A stretch of DNA of 64,000 nt from Geosiphon pyriformis uo1 (lineage: Eukaryota > Fungi > Glomeromycota): contig JAAOMT010000003.1 of assembly GCA_016748015.1 (NCBI GenBank), positions 128,373-192,372 on the forward strand, in the 5' to 3' direction. Shown one piece after another: positions 52,358 to 64,000 of the stretch. The notes under the pieces are model-generated. The model ran no database searches and was not told the DNA's origin. It saw only the letters and a program-made list of their open reading frames with translations. How positions within the stretch are numbered: position 1 is the first letter of the stretch; each line of letters opens with the position of its first letter. Position numbers and translations under genes: made by a program.

Positions 52358-52600
52358 ATGTCTACTACGACCATGTCGAAGTGTGCGAGATCGAGATTAA
52401 TAAATTGGATCTCAGGGCTAGCACAATCTGCCGGGTTTAGGATAAATAAAAACAGTCCCACATGAGAATATCTAATTGCACACACAAACCAAATATTGAA
52501 TAATAATCTGGGATTGGGAAGAGGGCAAAATCCAAGGGAAAAAATTCTACAAAGACAAAACACAATAACTAAATATTATCATAATATTTTAAATTCGTGA
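52358..52600 (+). pseudogene. Small 80-codon ORF interrupted by one in-frame TGA (52463-52465)
   Basis: MSTTTMSKCARSRLINWISGLAQSAGFRINKNSPT*EYLIAHTNQILNNNLGLGRGQNPREKILQRQNTITKYYHNILNS*; locally GC-richer. Confidence 0.35.
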
Positions 52601-53199
52601 CTTAATCTTAAAAGAAATTAGAGGCTGAGTACATAAAAAAAATACATATATTTCTAATGCTTTTTTTTTGACAATAAATGATAATTCTCAAAAAATGTTT
52701 AACATTACACAACAACGCATTACACTTTTTGTTTTCTTAACAACCATGATTTTTGTTTTTTCACCAGTTTCTTCAATTGAAATTCAAAAGTAAGTAGAGA
52801 ATTTGTAAATAAAAACTTGTGTCATTTGCTTTAAAGGGTTAAATTTTCTAAATTTTGAAAAAAATACAGAAAAGTTCCAAATAATGGACATCAATGCCCA
52901 TGTGGTTCGTCAAGTGGTAATAATTATGGCAATAATCTACGTTGTAATGACTGTTGAATAGATAATCTGAACACTTTTATGTTATTTGAACATTAATATT
53001 TTTTACTTGCAATAAGATTTAATGAAAGAGAATTTTTTCAATTTTTAATTAGGATTAAATTTTAATTAGTTAAAGTTTAAAGATTATCTTTAAACCTTCC
53101 ATTCAATTTTTAAATTTTCAAATATTTGTAATTCAAGACCATTTTCTACTACTCAAAATACCCAAATTTAAATATTCGTAATTACCACATTTAAGAATA

Positions 53200-56100
53200 T
53201 TTTCTTGAAAATCAAATTATAATTTTACTTTGTTTTAATTAAAACTAATTCAACACCACTTTATAATCACCTTTAAAATTTTAGAGATAACTTTTTTTTT
53301 TCTGTAAAACAAAAATTTATGCACTTAAAAGGGGTTTTATATAGAATTAATTTTTTGAATAAAATAATTCATGTCAAATATTTGATATTAAAGTGAAAAA
53401 CTTGCAGTATATCTTTTTTTAATTAATACACTAAATAAATTTAAATATGCAAAAAAAATTTTATGCAATAATAAAAATTAAGTCATAAATCGAACGATTT
53501 ACTATTTTTTGTTTAAAGTATATCATTTTTGATACCTTTTATAGTAATTATATTATGTTTAAGAAATTTTTTTAAGAATTAAATAAACTTAAAACTCTAT
53601 TTTCCTGCTCATTTATCAACTTTAACATTGATAAAAATATATTTGACAACATGAAAAAAATAAAATCTGTTTGTTTTGACCAAAAAAGAGATGCCAATTA
53701 TTATTTTTTTATCAAATAAATAAAAATTTTCAAGGTTTGTCATTGATAATTAGTATTATTATATTTAAAAAGTTAAAAACTTTGGGTCACAATTTTTTAT
53801 GAGGTATTTGTTTCAAATAATAATTGGTATTAATAAGTATTTTGTTATGAAATTGACAGTTTTAAAACAAAATATCCAATTTTTTTTATATTACTAAATT
53901 AAAATTAAAAATATAAATTAAAATATTTTGCAAAATAAATATTAGTTAAATAATTATATATTTTTTTGAATTTATGTATTTAAATTGTTTTATAGATAAT
54001 TTTTTTGTTATCTGTTTGATATTAAAAAGGATTGTTTAATTTATAAAATTTTAAAAATAAACAAAACTAATTTTTAAAAAATTCAATTTATTAATAAAAT
54101 AAATAATAGTGTTATGTATATTTTTTAAAAATTAATTAAGTAAATAATAAATATTATTGTTATTAATATATATTAGAAAAAATATTAGAAAATAATTATT
54201 AAAATATTATATAACAATATTTTAAATTTTATTCGAGTTTTATTTTAATGTTTAAATTGTTCAAAAAAATTATAATTCATAAAAATAGTCTATTAAAATA
54301 TTTATAAATTATCAACAAAATTAATTATTTAGCAATTAAAACAGAAATCACTTCACTTTATATTTTAATTAATATTAACAAATTTTTAAAAAGTGTTAAT
54401 CATTAATTACAAATCTCTTAGCAGTAATAATTAATTTTTATTGTTCGAAAAACATTATATGGGCGGTCAATAACCCAAACTTCTGTGTATTACTCCTCCT
54501 CTTATTACGTGATAATATATATACTGCCAATAATATACATTATTAAATAAAAATTAATTGAAATTTTATCAATCAAGGACATGTAAGTAAGAATTTAACT
54601 TAATATTAATTTTGAAATGAATAATTCTTGATTCTAAAAGAACAATTATCAAATATCTTCAAAGATTTAAATTTTCAAGTCAGCTTGTATTAATTTGAAA
54701 GTATTTACATAATACAATAAATAAGTTTACTTAAAATCTATTTTGAAAAAAACTTTTTAAAATATTTTTTAATTAAAGTTTTCAAAAATAGGTTAAGAAA
54801 AATTTTTTTCATAAAGATTATATTATTTTAGATAATTATTTACTATCTAAAAAGAATTAATATTTTATAACTTTGTAGAAAACTACATAAAACAATCTTT
54901 TAAATTTAATTGTTAATATTATTTAATACTAATTTATGTTTCAAATCAATTTTTTTTATTCATTTTTTTAATTAATTAATATTAAACATATATATTATTT
55001 TTATTGTGTTCATTTTTTTAACAATAAATTTTTACTTCTTGACTAATTGTTTTATTAAAATTTTTTTAAACATACTATAAAACTATTTGCAAAAATTTAA
55101 TTTTATTTAATAATAAGGGTTAAGAACAATTAATTATCTATTCTTATAAAACTTTAGAATTTTCATACGTTTTATAAAAATTATTAATTTTGTTATGTTT
55201 TTCAAAAATAATCAGTATCAATACAAAATAAACTGAATTTTAATGTGTTTCATCATTTTATTTCGCATAATATTTTTCGGAGTTCTATGTGAATTTTTGT
55301 TCATTTTGTATTGTACTGATTAAATTTTCGAGTTTATAAAATTTTTTGAATAATCAGTAAATTTTTTGGTTTCAATTATATAAGTTAATTTAATTAAAAT
55401 TTTAGGAAATAAAATAATCTAAAATTTCTATCTTTCAAATATAAACAGTTTTTTGCAAGATTTCAAAATTCAAAGATATTTATTAATTTTTTTGAAAATT
55501 AAAATATTAAAAAATATTTTCATAATTATTAAAAGTAATTATTTAATGAAAAGATTTTTTAAATTGATATTTATGTAAAATTAAATAAAATTATGGATTT
55601 AACCAAAAATAAAGATATGTTATTACAATAAAAAATACTAAATAAATCTACTAAAAAATATTAGAAATGTATATAAATGCTCAATATTTTTTTTCTTTGC
55701 AAATTTTTTTTAAAAGTGACTGGTTTTTATAAAAACTTTTTTAAAAAAAATTATTTAAATAAAAAAATACAACAAATAAATATTTAAAAAATTATTTATT
55801 TTAATTTTAGTTTAATTTATTCAAATTTTAAAAATATATACTATTAAAATAAAAATTTCAAATTATATCTTAAGTACTTTTTTCAATTATACATTTAGAT
55901 AGTAATTTGGCATACTCGTTATCACAAGTTATACATTGATAATTTTTTACATTTTGTAGTTTTTTATTACTAACAATATTTTAATTTGATTGCAATTATA
56001 TTTAACTTGTTTTAAAAAAAATTATTATAATTAATACCAATTATTATCATTTCGTTAATTTTAATTTATATTTTAGATTCTATTTGTACTTAATTTAAAA

Positions 56101-56850
56101 GTTTTTATTGTAATAAAAAACAAGTAAAATGCTAAAAATTTAAAAAAAAATCTATTTTTTAATATTCTATTTAAAACATATTATTTGTAAAATAAGTTGT
56201 TAATTTTTTAAATTGACTATATAAATAATATTTTTAAAAATTAAACGGCAGTAATTTTTTTAAATTATTATTTTAGTATGTTTATAATTTGGTTTTAAAA
56301 AAAAATTTTATTAAAAAATTTTAAATCTCATTAACCAAAACTATATTTATTAAAATTAAGATCTTTAAACCAATTTTCTTTTTAATAACTTATAATTTCT
56401 TTTTTCTTTAATTTTTATTTTGTTTATTGTGTTTTTATTTGATTTGATTTATTAATACGACTTATAAAATATAAAATTTTTTAATTATTAATTTTAAATT
56501 TTAAGCTTTTATTATTTAAACTTGATTTTATTTGCTTACATTTATTTAAAATTTTATGTTTAATTTTTTTTAACTTATTACTTCAATATAAACTATCTTT
56601 TTAATCTATTTTCTTAATTGATATTAATTTAATCAACAATTGAAAATTTTAAACCTAATTTTCTAATAAATATTTTGCAAAAAAAAATTAATTTCACTTT
56701 TTTTTAGATAAAGTTTATGTTAAAATTAATTATAACAATGAATTTTGCTTCATTCTTTAATAATAAGTGTTTTCAACTGCCTTTATTTTTTATTAATCTA
56801 AAATTAAATAATTTTTTTTGAATAATAAAAAATTTTTTCAAGACATTTAA
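53200..56850. other. Extremely AT-rich island (probable eroded repeat)
   Basis: e.g. 55801-55860 has 4 G/C in 60 nt; no ORFs. Confidence 0.6.
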
Positions 56851-57506
56851 AAAAAATACGATTTGCTTCTATTTCATAACAATATAAAAGATGCTATTCT
56901 ATGATTAATGAGTATCCATAATCAATTAATACTAAAAATAATAATAAAAAAGTTTTTAATCCATTATATTACAAAAAAATTATGTGTAATTCTTAATGAA
57001 AAAATAATTATAATTAAGTTGTAACTCATTGTACGATTCTTTAATAAAATTATAACAATTAGAATGCTATTTTAAAATTAATAAAATTTAACACTTTCTT
57101 GATGCAATTGGTTGAAAGACTAATAGACCATTCAATTAAATAATGACTAATATTCATGGTCTAAAAATTAATGAAATATTTACTAAAGCCGATATGAAAA
57201 TAGTAAAGCCAAAAGCTACCACAAAATAAAGAAATCGAGTTTGCACAAACCTGAATTCTTAATTATTATTATACGTATTATTAAGGTTTAAATAAATAAT
57301 TCAAGCAATCAAAAAAGGCAATATCTGCTGATCTATGTTCTTCGAAAAATTATAACTATCACATTGCCAATGGATAGTAGTGCCAAATTTCTTCTCTATT
57401 TAGAATTTGCAGCCACAGCAATGAGTGGCCTCGCGCTTCGCCTCAAATTTGAATTTAACTATAAAAATCTGAATAATTTTCGGTAAAATAAATTTCTTAT
57501 TAAAAA

Positions 57507-58369
57507 ATGAAAAAATATATTTGTGAAGAGCGTTGCCTTAAATATGCATTATATAAGAAGAAATATATCAAAATATCTTCGCGTATATTGATATTAGCAG
57601 GCGTTTTTATGCTTTGCCATTTGATTAGTTTATTGGAAAAAGTCGAAGCTGTCGGATCAAATCCCTTGGATCAGTATGTATAAACTTTTTAGAAATTTTC
57701 AGATAGATTTGGATTTTCTTTTAAAAAATTAAAAAATTAACTTTTCCTCTCTAAATAAAAGAAATAAATACGACACATTAAAATTCCGTTTTGTGAGGAA
57801 TATACCNNNNNNNNNNNNNNNNNNNNCCTAATCCTCCCATCACTCCATCACCTACAATTGGAGTTCCTACAACGACAAGCTCGGCTCCAATAAATACTCC
57901 TTCGACCCTAATCCCAACTGTTACTCCAACTTCGTAAGTTCTCATGCTTTTTCTTTAACAAAGAATATTTAACTTGGAGAATTTTATAGCTTAAATATTA
58001 AAATTTCTTATAAAACCATATAACAAGTATCCTCAAAATCAATTTTTTATATTTTCAAAAATTTCAAAAATACTAATTAAGTTTTTTCTCAAAATAAAAT
58101 CTTTTAATCTTAGATCAAATGCCTCCTCAACTTCAGATACATCGACATCATCAATCGCAACAACAGCAACTAGTGGAACGACTCAAACAACCACCTCGAC
58201 AATTACATTAACCCCTACAACTAATACCCCTCCCAAGTCTACTTCTTCTTCCTTTCCAACAAAAACTTCTGGCTGCAATTCAATAATATTGGAAAAAATT
58301 ACTTTATTGAAAAGATTTATTTTAAAATTTATACTTATAACAAGCTTTAGTTGGTTTATGCGTTATTAA
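57507..58369 (+). CDS. Inverted paralogue of the Ser/Thr-rich surface protein at 45708-47012 (interrupted by gap 57807-57826); missed by the ORF track
   Basis: MKKYICEERCLKYALYKKKYIKISSRILILAGVFMLCHLISLLEKVEAVGSNPLDQ; matching intron positions where visible; last exon ...KTSGCNSIILEKITLLKRFILKFILITSFSWFMRY*. Confidence 0.78.
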
Positions 58370-60719
58370 ATGTTTCATTTAACTTAAGTTTTATAGTTGA
58401 TTCTTCAAATTTCGAAAATAAACTATAATGATTTATAAAGATATAAATTTTGGAATTTTGAGACAGATATTTTCAATCTCATTAGTTGTGAACTAAGTAA
58501 TGAAGTTCCTTTGATTGATTTGATCTATATAACTATAACTCATTCTAATAATTTATACCTCTAAAATTTCAATTAATCAACCGGGTTCGGCCTGCCTTAA
58601 TTTTCAAGTAAGCGAAACAAGAATCGATTTCCAAAAAGTTAGACAGTGGAAGAGATGATGAGTTAAACAACGTGAAACATTTTTTTTAGAAGTATTTTGC
58701 TGATTTTTTTTGCTTTCTCTTATTAAAAAGAAATAAATTATTTTATATAATTTTTTAAAATTTAATTTTAATATAATTTCTTCGTAATTTTGGCTTAATT
58801 TAAGAAATTTACAAAAATTTAGATTAAACATAACAGATAATTCATTTTAGAGATTACATACCTTAAAAACATGCTTTTGATAATAAAAACATTTTTTATA
58901 AGACATATTTAAGAGAAAAAATAATCAACTTTAAAAATTCCTAAAAATGCTTAAAACTATTAAACAAATATGTAATCAGATTAAAAATGGCAACAAATTT
59001 ATGTGTAATATGTAAAGAAAATATTACAATTAATTATAACTACATTTTAATAATTTTTTATTTAAAGCTAAAACTTTTTGTTTGTTTAATTTTTATAAGT
59101 TGGGTATTTTTGAAACCTCAAAATGTTATTTTTAGTGATGAATTTAATAATTAGTCATGATTTTTTGAGACAAGTTATTTGAATTTATGTAATTGTCAAA
59201 TATATTTAATACCGTTTTGATTACACTTGCTGTAATTATTAAAATAAATAAAAATGTAAAAAACTAAATTAAAAAATTTAATATTTATTATAATATCTTT
59301 GGATCCAATACTATGAATGTGATTAATAATATATATCTGTTTTTATTAAATTGTAATGTTTATGTAACTTATGTGAAAATAAAAAGTTTGAAACTGGAGT
59401 ATATTTATTTAAAAAACATACAAATATAACTTTAATTAGTTTATATTGTATGATTTTTTTTCTAAATTGTTTTATGAATGTTTAAATATAAATTAATTTA
59501 TTATTTTCAATTGTAAATTTTGGCTTATTATGAATTATAATTTCAATCATAATTACATAAAAATAAATACATTATTACAATAATTTGATCAAAATTAGAA
59601 GATCAGTATATTTCAACTTCAAAATGTTTAGTAAAAGACCTCAATTTATATTTAACTTAAAAATAATATAAAGCACATTTTCTTGACTATATTATATCTA
59701 CCTTTAAGAATAAATTTTCTCTAAATATATTATTATATTGGTTCAAATTAAATTTAACAGAATAGATTTGTCACCCAAAACCATTTGTCATTTGCTTCAA
59801 CATTTTTATGTCTAATAATTATTTACTTTTCGAAACATATATGTAATATTAGCTTTTTAAAAAAAGAAATTGCTCTTTTTAGCCAAAGAGTTTTTTTAAT
59901 CTTAAGCAAATATTTTAGACGTGAAAGGATTTATTGGACTAAACTGTGATAGTATATGCTATAATGAATCAAGACTATATTACTAATCGCAGATTTCCTA
60001 GTCATTTCAGCATCTGATGACAAAAAAATTGTATGATATATATTTTGAATTTCCAACTTTAAGAACGTATCTAATGCTGACAAATTCTCAAGTAGACAAA
60101 TCATTGTCAATGAGCCTTAGCTTTTATCATTGTAGTTTATGAGGATCAGCATTGACTATCAGAAATTTAAAATTTCTGATTTATTTGTTATTTGGAATTG
60201 GGAAATTCATGGAACAAAAAATTACGATCCAATCTTTCTAATGGGTCTGAACTTACATCAACGAAAACCTAGTGTCATTTTTTCTGTACATGAATGCATC
60301 GTTTGAGAATCTTTTTCAATTATGGTGATTATGTTGAAAACTTCTTTCATTTTTAATAGGAGAATATGGTAAATTAATCATGGTCTTCAAGAGATTAGTA
60401 CAACTTAAATACTGGAAAAGGGAATCCGTCAAGTTGCACTCCAATCTTAAGCGAATATCCTCGTTACTTTTTAATTCTATTTTTTATAATAATATCTTGG
60501 AAAAACCAAAGACTACTTAAAATATGAGATAAAGTTTTAGAATTCAAAAAGTATTAGCTTTTTAAAGATTGCATTTCATTCTGAATCGAATCTTCTTAGG
60601 CTATTATTGTGTAGATATTTTTAATTTACTTTCATTAATATCACTAAACAAAAATATTGCAGTTACTATTAATTATTGGATAAATTTTCTTAAACTTAAC
60701 TCCAATTTTGATAAATATG

Positions 60720-61500
60720 TGACTAAAGATTAATGATCAACCCCTTGATTCTATTGATCTTCTTGGCATGCAAAAACTCCGAAAAATCCGCTTGTGTAGA
60801 AACATACTTTAGCTAAGATAAAAGTTAAGAGTTACATGGAAAAGGTTTTGTAGATACAATCTTTAAGATGTTGATCTTTTTTTTGCCTTAATTATCCTTG
60901 ATATAGAAGGTTCTTTAATGGATAAATAATTAATACAAATTGTAGTAGCTTTTGGGAGGTTAAAGTTTTTTATTTCAGAAAAAGCTTGGTTTACACATGC
61001 AGCACCTGTCTTTATATTACCTTTTAAAGATATCATTAACCAGATTTCCTTCCATTTTCATATCTCCCATTGAAAATTGAAGGTAAATTTTTAAGGCAAC
61101 ACTTTGATTGCTATTCACAATAAAAATTTCTTCTTTAAATAAAGTTCTGTCCGATTATCATAGAAATAGTTAGCGTTCTTTCATTAATCATTGATAAACA
61201 CAGATAGTTATAGAAAAATGGTTTTATGTTTCCTTCAATTGTTAAAAAGAACACACACGGGAATTCAAAGGCGTAAATTTTTACCCCTTGATTCGTTTCT
61301 TTCAGAAGAATGGGAAAGAAAAGAATACTTCCAAATTTAGAGTCCATCCTCTTTCGATGGATTCATTCAGTTTTGTGGGAAACTTTGATTGTGTATCATG
61401 CCATTTTAATATAAATGAACACTGGTTTTGTGGATTATTGTTAAAGTACATAAAGATTCGGAAGCCTGGAAGTCACCTCGTATAATAGAATTGATCGCAT
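60720..61500 (-). pseudogene. Probable decayed protein-coding sequence, family not recognised
   Basis: Coding-like composition; broken frame MYFNNNPQNQCSFILKWHDTQSKFPTKLNESIERGWTLNLEVFFSF/PILLKETNQGVKIYAFEFPCVFFL. Confidence 0.3.
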
Positions 61501-61798
61501 GCTGTAAACAAGAGTTCATAGATAAAAATATTTTTTCCTCAAGATACGCCAAGACGCGTATGGACTTGATCATCACAATCTTAACTTGGATTAAATAATT
61601 TCCTACAAATTCGGGTGATGTTTCGAACTAATCGAGATTACTCCCAATTTTTTGAGTCGAAATCTTAATCCTTGAGAAAAGAGAATTTTTGAAATGATGT
61701 AATAGAAATAGATTCTTTTAATTTCTTTCAATAAATTTAGTCAAAATATACAAATATATATATCTTAAAAGTGTTTCCCAAAGTCAAATATTATATGT

Positions 61799-62896
61799 AT
61801 TTGGGACGTTTGCAAATTTAAATTGCTTAAAGCTTCAGCCTCAATGGAAAAGCATATGAAAAACTACGCTATATGGAGCCATTTCAAAATTTTAAGTTGA
61901 AAAATTTGCAATGGCCCCAAATTTAATATAGTAAAATTGAATTTGGGAGGGTAAACAATTGCTCAAAAAGATGTTGTTAGATCGATAAGTGAAAAAATTA
62001 AATCTTTTAAGTCACAAGTTTTTCCAAGGAATAAAAATGAATTGTAACAGTAACAATAAGAGTATTTACAATTAATTGAGGATATTCAAAGCAAGAAACT
62101 GAGGAATGAAATCAAATCAAATCAAATTGTTTTTTATGAAATTAAATCTTCTCTTGAATTTTTACATTAGAACCTACTGAATTGTTAAATACAAGCCACT
62201 ATAAGTAAAAAATTTATTTTGAACGCCAATCTGAATCAAAATATTAAGAGTTATTTGATCCATTGCAAGATAATCTCCAGGAAGGTAGTCAATTAAATTT
62301 GGTTTATCCCATTGGATCGCTAAGAATTTGGTTTTGGTCAATCAAATAATCCGTTACCAACTGTTAAAGCCAAAATTTTCTTACATATGTGATTTTATAG
62401 AAATATTTCATTTTTTTACACCAGGGCAATACTAATTTTCGACAAATTAAACTCATTAATGATAATTTACACATGAAACATTATAAATCTTTCAATTTTG
62501 ACTATTCAAACCAAATAGGATGAAGTAAAATAGCTCAATATTAATTTGATTTGATTTGATTTGATTTGAGTTCATTCCTCAGTTTCTTGCTTTGAATATC
62601 CTCAATTAATTGTAGATACCGTTACTGTTACTGTTACTGTTATAATTCATTTTTGTTCCTTAGAAAAACTTGTGACTTAGAAGATTTAATTTTTTCACTT
62701 GTCGATCTACCAATAATTGCGTAGCATCTTTTGAATAATTGTTTACCGTCCCAAATTCAATTTTACTATATTAAATTTGGGCCATTGCAAATCTTCCAAC
62801 TTAAAATTTTGAAATGGCCCCTATAGCGCAGCTTTTCATATGCTTTTCCGTTGAGGCTGAAGCTTTAAGCAACCTAAATTTGTAAACGTGCCAAAT
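61799..62896. repeat. Foldback inverted repeat: ~330-350-bp arms (61799-62127 / 62545-62896), ~420-bp spacer
   Basis: e.g. GCTTAAAGCTTCAGCCTCAA and GATATTCAAAGCAAGAAACTGAGGAATGAA have exact reverse complements in the right arm; inner ends finish in (ATCAA)n/(TTGAT)n; no TSD seen. Confidence 0.9.
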
Positions 62897-64000
62897 GAAA
62901 TCAAATTCATCCTGAATTCGATTTCATAAAGTTTGTTGCTCTATTTGGATTCAGTCACAAGATACATTATCTTTGATTAAAAATGTTGAATCATTTATTA
63001 TAGCAATAATCGACGGCCAAAATTATTCACCTGAACATGAAAATTTTCATAGCACATATTCATCAAATATACGATGGATGAACCTGGTACTATTTCTTCG
63101 CGATTATTTGGCTAAGGAAGGGTAAAATTTTGGTCTTTGCCAAAATTAGCAGCTCAAACCGACTTCATGTGACGTTGATTTACCAGTCTATAATGCGAAA
63201 AAATTAAAAATATTTTAGCTTGATGCTTACTTGATAATATTTGATATATTGAGTGAAAGTTTGTTTCAAAATCATTAATTTGCATAAATGAGGAAAATCA
63301 AAAGAAATTTGAATAATTTAATTGTCTCGAAAGTTAACAAATTAGATTTTCAATTTGTCGATTTGCGTCTTTATTATTAGAAATTCGAGCCTTCAATTTT
63401 GAATGTTAAGGGGTAATGTTGATAGGTTATAAAGACTGGAAAATTCAAGGAAAATCAAACCAAAATAACTTTTTTATATTAGTTAATGAAAATCATCAAT
63501 CTGATTTGAAATTCATGATTTTCACCATGGTTTAGAAATCATCAAAACTTTATACACCAGATCCGCCTTCGAAAAGAGAATCTAGATTGTCTTAAACCTG
63601 GTGAAAATTCAAGTTCTTGATAAGCAAACAATTTCTATTCATGGATTATCTCACTTGAATTGTGCTAGTGACTCTAGACCACATCACGATCACAAAATCT
63701 CTATCACCTACTTTTACTCGGGATATTTCGGCATTTCAAATTTGCCGAAATGCACAATGCATCTCCAAATTTAGTTTAAAGAAAATTCTACGTAGATTTA
63801 GTTTAATATTTAGAATTATAGATCGGTCAAAATTTAGGTTTTCTATTATGATTAGTTAAAAGACTAATATCTGTGAAAATCTTTTCTAAAACGGAAAAAT
63901 CCATTTACTAAAACCCGAAATCATCAAAATATTACAAGGCTCACAAATCTTTAATCACTATTCATTATGGCTTTGCTTTTATTCTAACTGACCCAATTGC

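Noticed and set aside
54460-54520. GC-richer patch GGGCGGTCAATAACCC in an AT island, possible TE terminus
   Set aside because: No partner inverted repeat or TSD found in the window
1-64000. CRISPR arrays, tRNA/rRNA genes, telomeric repeats
   Set aside because: None recognised by eye

Overview
AT-rich eukaryotic (fungal) genomic DNA with short GT-AG introns. The gene families present (ML-domain secreted protein with an MxRNFxFVxILL leader, Crinkler/REase-type and kinase relics, Fanzor relic) point to an arbuscular mycorrhizal fungus (Glomeromycotina); this is inference, not a database match. There are about seven intact genes: a CAP/SCP secreted protein, a 170-aa low-complexity protein, a standalone WGR-domain protein, an ML lipid-binding protein, a class-3 lipase homologue whose nucleophile Ser is replaced by Gly, and an inverted pair of Ser/Thr-rich surface-protein paralogues. 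Between them lie microsatellite-rich intergenic DNA and several extremely AT-rich islands of eroded repeats. Mobile and relic content: a 1.87-kb TIR element carrying a captured REase-kinase pseudogene, MITEs, a decayed Fanzor (eukaryotic TnpB), CRN/PD-(D/E)xK pseudogenes, and four long inverted duplications. The strongest candidate for something undescribed is a tandemly duplicated, highly structured RNA-like unit in the first intron of a PD-(D/E)xK nuclease gene (33842-34203). There are two assembly gaps (35509-36027, 57807-57826). All alignments, translations and folds were done by eye.
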